Source: Streptococcus sanguinis
GTDB taxonomy: Bacteria > Bacillota > Bacilli > Lactobacillales > Streptococcaceae
DNA length: 56,881 nucleotides
Direction: 5' to 3'
Assembly (NCBI GenBank): GCA_015264985.1
Contig: JABZYU010000001.1
Span: 1-56,881 of the forward strand
Under the pieces are notes generated by a model, which did no database searches, was not told where the DNA came from, and was given only the letters and a program-made list of their open reading frames with translations. The position numbers were made by a program, and so were the translations under genes. Shown piece after piece: positions 52,572 to 56,881 of the stretch (its first letter is position 1; every line of letters starts with the position of its first letter).

Positions 52572-53534
52572 AAATTTTGTTTGAATTTCACTATCTTTGT
52601 ACCAGTTTTGAAAACTTTGACGGAATTTAAACATTTCTTCATGATCCTGCAAATCCCGCAGAGGATAGATAAAAGGCTGAATGTTATTAGCTTCCTGTTT
52701 CCTCAAGACAAAAAGAGTTTTGGCATGCTTGCTGCTTGAGAAAATAGACTCTGGCAAGGTTATCATCGCGATAAACTGAGCCTTGGCTAGGAGCCATTTT
52801 TTTAGCAACGGAGCTTGAGCGCTGGTCAAGAGGTCATTTGGCGCCAGAAATATAGCATAACCACCTGGCTTCAGATATTTGAGTGATTGCTCCATCAGGA
52901 GATGATGGGCATAAGTGTGCTCATCTGGACTAGCCACTTCATAGCGGGAGGCGATACTGTCGTCTGGATAATAACCAACCGGTAAATCACTGATAATGAT
53001 ATCACTCTCTTTCAGAACCTGAGGTCGAACTGCATCCCCCTGAGCAAAGTGAGCCTTAGAGTTCATAACCTCTGCAATGCTGGCAGAAAGGTCAATTAAT
53101 AAATCATCTAGCTCCAGACCTAAGTAGTCAATCTTCTTTTGGGTATGATTGAGAACAGTCTCCGTCAAATTTCCAGTCCCACTGCCGATTTCTAATACAT
53201 CAGCTTCCTCTCCGTGAGCCAGCTGATCCAATAAGAAAGTAATCAGAAAACCAATTGTGTCAGGTGTGAATTGATGATTGACCTGCATGGGCTCCGTCTG
53301 GGCAGCCTTCATTAGGATAAACTGATAGGCTCTCCGCCACTCTTCCTTGGTCAAATGCAGAGCGCGGATTTTTTCATCGTTGGTCAGAACCTCTTGTAAA
53401 TCAGTATCTCCATCTAGGTAAATGCCATTCTGCTCAATCAGAGCATCGTAAAAATTGGTCGCCAGAGCGTTTTGGATATTCTGGACGTTTTCGAGAATCA
53501 GAGTATAAGCTTGTTCTATCTTTTCAAAATTCAT
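52569..53534 (-). CDS. Class I SAM-dependent methyltransferase (YtxK-like, putative adenine-specific)
   Basis: NHQFTPD, LEIGSGTGNL, SDLPVGYY; conserved comG-methyltransferase-ackA order. Confidence 0.85.
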   Translation of the reverse strand: MNFEKIEQAYTLILENVQNIQNALATNFYDALIEQNGIYLDGDTDLQEVLTNDEKIRALHLTKEEWRRAYQFILMKAAQTEPMQVNHQFTPDTIGFLITFLLDQLAHGEEADVLEIGSGTGNLTETVLNHTQKKIDYLGLELDDLLIDLSASIAEVMNSKAHFAQGDAVRPQVLKESDIIISDLPVGYYPDDSIASRYEVASPDEHTYAHHLLMEQSLKYLKPGGYAIFLAPNDLLTSAQAPLLKKWLLAKAQFIAMITLPESIFSSSKHAKTLFVLRKQEANNIQPFIYPLRDLQDHEEMFKFRQSFQNWYKDSEIQTKF

Positions 53535-53615
53535 GGAATCCTCCGTTCATCCTATCATACCAAAAATAAGGAACCTTTCCAAGATATATAAAATTACAAA
53601 GATTTTACAGTTATA

Positions 53616-54008
53616 TTAGTCCGACTTACCAGCTTCGTCCGAAATCGCTTTCTCTTTTTTATCAGTTGCTTTCTTGTCTTCCTTTGCTTTATCCTCATCT
53701 TTCTTAGAAATGGTAAAAGTAAAGGAATAGGAATGACCGCTGCTGATCTGACTGCTGATTTCAAGATTCTTCCCTTGCCTGCGGTAGACAGCCTTGCCCT
53801 GCTCAAACTCCATCTCACCGCTATCATCCTTGGCTGTAGCTTTTGTCAGAACTGCCATTGCATAGGCTTCCGTTCTTTCCCTGTTGAAAAGCTGCAAACG
53901 CTGACTGCTGACTTGACGGTTGAGATAAAACTGCAGGAGCAAGCTAAAGACAGCGGCCATCAGCAGCGCATACAGTAAAATACCAGCATCAACTTTCTTC
54001 TTCCACAC
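53616..54008 (-). CDS. comGG: Competence pilus minor pilin
   Basis: [19 protein letters not shown]-terminus; last gene of comG operon. Confidence 0.88.
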   Translation of the reverse strand: MWKKKVDAGILLYALLMAAVFSLLLQFYLNRQVSSQRLQLFNRERTEAYAMAVLTKATAKDDSGEMEFEQGKAVYRRQGKNLEISSQISSGHSYSFTFTISKKDEDKAKEDKKATDKKEKAISDEAGKSD

Positions 54009-54426
54009 GATAGATGAACTCCCTCTCTAAACCTTTTTCAAAGCGAAAATGAAGATGGACAAGCTTACCTTCCTGACGCACATCAGCTGCTTCCAAACCA
54101 TAAATCATGGGCTGGTAGCCGCGACCGCTCTTATCTGTTTTACGGAAATCATCTCCCTTGGATTTCCCCAAGGCCAAGTCCCTGCCATCCTGTCTGATGT
54201 AGATTTTGTTGTCTTCAACCTTATCAAATTGACTTCGCGAAAGCTCCGTCTCCAGTTGGTCGGCAAACAAAAGCCACTCTTGCTGTTGATTGTTCTCCTG
54301 CTGATGCAGTTCTGAAGATATGAGCTGGGTCATGGCCTGAAAGACTAATATTCCACCACTAAGGACCAGCAAGGCTACTAAGGTCTCTAAGAGAGTAAAG
54401 GCCTTGACTTTAAGGTTTTTGGACAC
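53989..54426 (-). CDS. comGF: Competence pilus minor pilin
   Basis: KAFTLLE prepilin site; GRGYQPM. Confidence 0.9.
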   Translation of the reverse strand: MSKNLKVKAFTLLETLVALLVLSGGILVFQAMTQLISSELHQQENNQQQEWLLFADQLETELSRSQFDKVEDNKIYIRQDGRDLALGKSKGDDFRKTDKSGRGYQPMIYGLEAADVRQEGKLVHLHFRFEKGLEREFIYRVEEES

Positions 54427-54703
54427 GGATGATTACCTCCCCTTCGTGATAGACCAGCAGCTGCTTATCTGTCTTAAGCTGACGAACAGTAATTCCATTA
54501 ATATGAAGCTCTTCTTGTCCTGTCTGCAGAGCCATGTGAGCTACCCGAAGCACCTCTTCCTGCTGCAGAAGGACCCGCTGCTCCTTACGAGACCGGCTAA
54601 TCTGTCCCAAAAGCAAACTAGCAATAGCCGCAAAAACTGCCATGGCCACTAGAGCTTCCAGCAGAATGCTAGCTTGAAGCTGTCGTCTTTTTAAACTTGC
54701 CAT
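54410..54703 (-). CDS. comGE: Competence pilus minor pilin
   Basis: [15 protein letters not shown] prepilin-like N-terminus; start 54703. Confidence 0.88.
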   Translation of the reverse strand: MASLKRRQLQASILLEALVAMAVFAAIASLLLGQISRSRKEQRVLLQQEEVLRVAHMALQTGQEELHINGITVRQLKTDKQLLVYHEGEVIIRVQKP

Positions 54704-55103
54704 TGCCCATATAAAGCTGGTAAACAACTGTCCTGTCCTCCGTCTGAAAAGTAATTTTGCTGAGTGATGAGTTCCCGCCGGCCCGGTCAAACTGGATGAC
54801 CTGCTGCTCATGATTCTGCAGAGTTTGGGAAAAATCCAGCTCTTGATAGCCATTGGAAATCTGCCGTCCTGAAATCTTCAGAGACAGCTTTTCATGACCG
54901 GCTAAGCTCAGCCTCTGCGTCTCCTGATAGAGCCTCTCAAACTCTAAAAAGAAGAGCTGTTCTTGAACCTGATTGAAGCCAGCCCTTACCGAGCCTGACA
55001 AGCCCAGTAAGAGAAAACTAACAACAAAAAGAACGAGGAGACTTTCCAGCAGTGTAAAAGCCTTAATTGGCAACCGCTTGAGTTTCGCCACTGTGTTTTC
55101 CAT
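54669..55103 (-). CDS. comGD: Competence pilus minor pilin
   Basis: KAFTLLESL prepilin site; [16 protein letters not shown]. Confidence 0.9.
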   Translation of the reverse strand: MENTVAKLKRLPIKAFTLLESLLVLFVVSFLLLGLSGSVRAGFNQVQEQLFFLEFERLYQETQRLSLAGHEKLSLKISGRQISNGYQELDFSQTLQNHEQQVIQFDRAGGNSSLSKITFQTEDRTVVYQLYMGNGKFKKTTASS

Positions 55104-55380
55104 AGTAAGCCTTATATGAATCTGCCTGCTTCTGACTGATATTTCCTGCGCTGACTAGCTTGCTCAGACTAGCCTTTTCATTGGTATTCTTCAGTTCATA
55201 CAGCTCCGCCTGGCTTTCTACTACCTTGACCACCGCTGCAGTTCCTGTATCTGAAACAGCATCTTTTTGCTTGGTCAGATTAGGCACAAAGAGCAGCAAG
55301 AGTACGCTGATAACCAGCAAGACAATCAGCATTTCCACAAGGGTGAATGCTTGAACTTTTAAGGTATTAAGTTTTTTCAT
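55063..55380 (-). CDS. comGC: Competence pilus major pilin
   Basis: QAFTLVEMLIVLLVISVLLLLFVPN; GGAGG RBS; TAATG overlap with comGB. Confidence 0.94.
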   Translation of the reverse strand: MKKLNTLKVQAFTLVEMLIVLLVISVLLLLFVPNLTKQKDAVSDTGTAAVVKVVESQAELYELKNTNEKASLSKLVSAGNISQKQADSYKAYYGKHSGETQAVAN

Positions 55381-56402
55381 TACAAATGAACCTCCATATT
55401 CTGATAAATGGGCAAGAGCATTGCCGCATAAAGTAAAACAATCACTAAGGCAACAAAAATAAATACTAGGGGCTGAATGAAATTCATGGCCCGGTTGATA
55501 CGTAGAAAAAATTCCTCCCAAGTCTTTTCAGCATAGACTTCCAGTTCACTCCCCAGCTTGGACTTGACCTCGCCGTACTCAATCATCAGGGACAATTCCT
55601 TTTTAAAGAAAGGATAGCTCGCCACCTTGTCCGCATAGCCTTGACCAGCTTGCAAAGCAGCAGCCATGTCTGCTCCGATTTCCTGAAAGAGTTGGGACGG
55701 TTGATCCTGCATAATCGCAAAAATCTGACTCAACTCCAAGCCCTGGCCAATCATATTTCCCCATTCACGAGCATAATAAGCTGTCAAGTAAGCCTGTACC
55801 AAACGACCAATAAAAGGCAGAGCTGCTAGTTTGCTAAAAAAACGAATCTTTGATGACTTTCGATAGTAAAAGAGAGCCACTGAAACCAAGGCAGTTAAAG
55901 CAAGACTGCTCCACAAAAAGATTTGAGGCAGGTGATTAATAAGCTGAGTAGCTAGATTCTGGCTGTCCAATTGAGGCAGAAGATAGTTGCGCAATCCCAG
56001 CATGATAAGGACCAAAAAGCCCAGCAGCATGAGAGGATAGGTTCCTACCTCTATCAATTTTTTCTTAACCTTGGATAGATTTTCCAGATAGGCCTCAATT
56101 TTGCCCAGACTTAGAGTCAGATTGCCATGCAGCTCAGATAAGGACAGCTGGGTTACAACGTTGTCGGAAAATCCCAGTCGACTGACAATCTCTGAAAAGG
56201 ACTGACCAGCTGACAAGCCAGACCGCATTTCTGCGACATACACTTCCTCCAGCAAGGCACTTCGTCTCAGAAAGTCTACAATCTCTGCCAAGTGAAAACC
56301 GCTGCTGAAGAGATTATGAAAGAGCTCGATAATCTTTTTCTGCTTAGGCGTAGATAATTTTTTCGGTCTGCCTTTGCTCAGCACTGATATGTCCTTCTGC
56401 AA
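55380..56402 (-). CDS. comGB: Competence pilus platform protein (T2SS-F family)
   Basis: Two T2SSF repeats, IEYGEVKSKLG, IQPLVF; start uncertain (TTG 56402 proposed). Confidence 0.92.
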   Translation of the reverse strand: MQKDISVLSKGRPKKLSTPKQKKIIELFHNLFSSGFHLAEIVDFLRRSALLEEVYVAEMRSGLSAGQSFSEIVSRLGFSDNVVTQLSLSELHGNLTLSLGKIEAYLENLSKVKKKLIEVGTYPLMLLGFLVLIMLGLRNYLLPQLDSQNLATQLINHLPQIFLWSSLALTALVSVALFYYRKSSKIRFFSKLAALPFIGRLVQAYLTAYYAREWGNMIGQGLELSQIFAIMQDQPSQLFQEIGADMAAALQAGQGYADKVASYPFFKKELSLMIEYGEVKSKLGSELEVYAEKTWEEFFLRINRAMNFIQPLVFIFVALVIVLLYAAMLLPIYQNMEVHL

Positions 56403-56881
56403 AAAGCTGATCAATCTGCTGATTCCAGACTGCGGCTTCGTGCTCTTGATAATTTTGACTGACAAAATCAACGACACCTCCTCCCCCAATTAAACGCTGG
56501 TAACAAACACCTTGAAGTACCATTCTTAGCTCATCCTCGCTAACACCCAATTCCAAAAGCCGCTCATAGACACCGCGAACACTCTTGGCATGAATCGTTG
56601 AAAAGACCGTAGCTCCGGTCAAACTTGCCCGAACCACTGCTCTAGCTGTCTCTCGATCACGGATTTCCCCGATAATCAATAGATCCGGCCGATGTCGCAG
56701 AGACAGCTTAATCAGACTATCATAAGTCATGCCAATGGTTTCATTAAGCTGCAGCTGCAGCATAGCCTCTTGCTTAATCTCAACCGGATCTTCAATCGAC
56801 ATAACCTGCTGACCAGAAAATTTAAGCTGAGCCAAATGGTACATCAAGGTCGTCTTGCCGCTGCCGACTGGGCCTGAGAAT
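56344..56881 (-). CDS. comGA: Competence pilus assembly ATPase (partial, starts beyond window)
   Basis: GPVGSGKTT Walker A at the window edge, IEDPVE, LRHRPD..IGEIRD, STIHA. Confidence 0.95.
   Translation of the reverse strand, partial: FSGPVGSGKTTLMYHLAQLKFSGQQVMSIEDPVEIKQEAMLQLQLNETIGMTYDSLIKLSLRHRPDLLIIGEIRDRETARAVVRASLTGATVFSTIHAKSVRGVYERLLELGVSEDELRMVLQGVCYQRLIGGGGVVDFVSQNYQEHEAAVWNQQIDQLFAEGHISAEQRQTEKIIYA

Overview
Chromosomal segment of a mitis/sanguinis-group Streptococcus; the SsaB sequence and gene order point to S. sanguinis or a close relative (recognition, not a database result). It is mostly core genome: ssaACB Mn transporter, tpx, ssaR; dtd-rel; an LPXTG cyclic-nucleotide phosphodiesterase; rsmE-prmA-GNAT-Nudix-DUF3013; rarA, 6S RNA, tRNA-Lys(CUU); groESL with CIRCE and CtsR sites; a levTSRQ-levDEFG-levX fructose/mannose PTS locus; ssbB; ytpR/thioredoxin; pepA; the sul folate operon; ackA; the comG operon. 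Accessory parts are an LPXTG SEC10/PgrA-type surface protein beside a 5'-truncated C39 peptidase, a MarR-EVE operon, CAAX proteases, an IS200 element behind tRNA-Lys, a Cna-type adhesin, an XRE-membrane protein operon and an orphan lantibiotic-immunity-like ABC/two-component locus. The best signals missing from the ORF track are (1) a ~280-nt nested-hairpin non-coding element at 22285-22567, (2) a 44-aa type I toxin-like membrane peptide gene with a structured leader upstream of rel, (3) an attenuator-type leader (folP-motif-like) before the folate operon and (4) several small ORFs and operator sites. No CRISPR array or prophage was seen. All family calls are by motif recognition; no searches were run.
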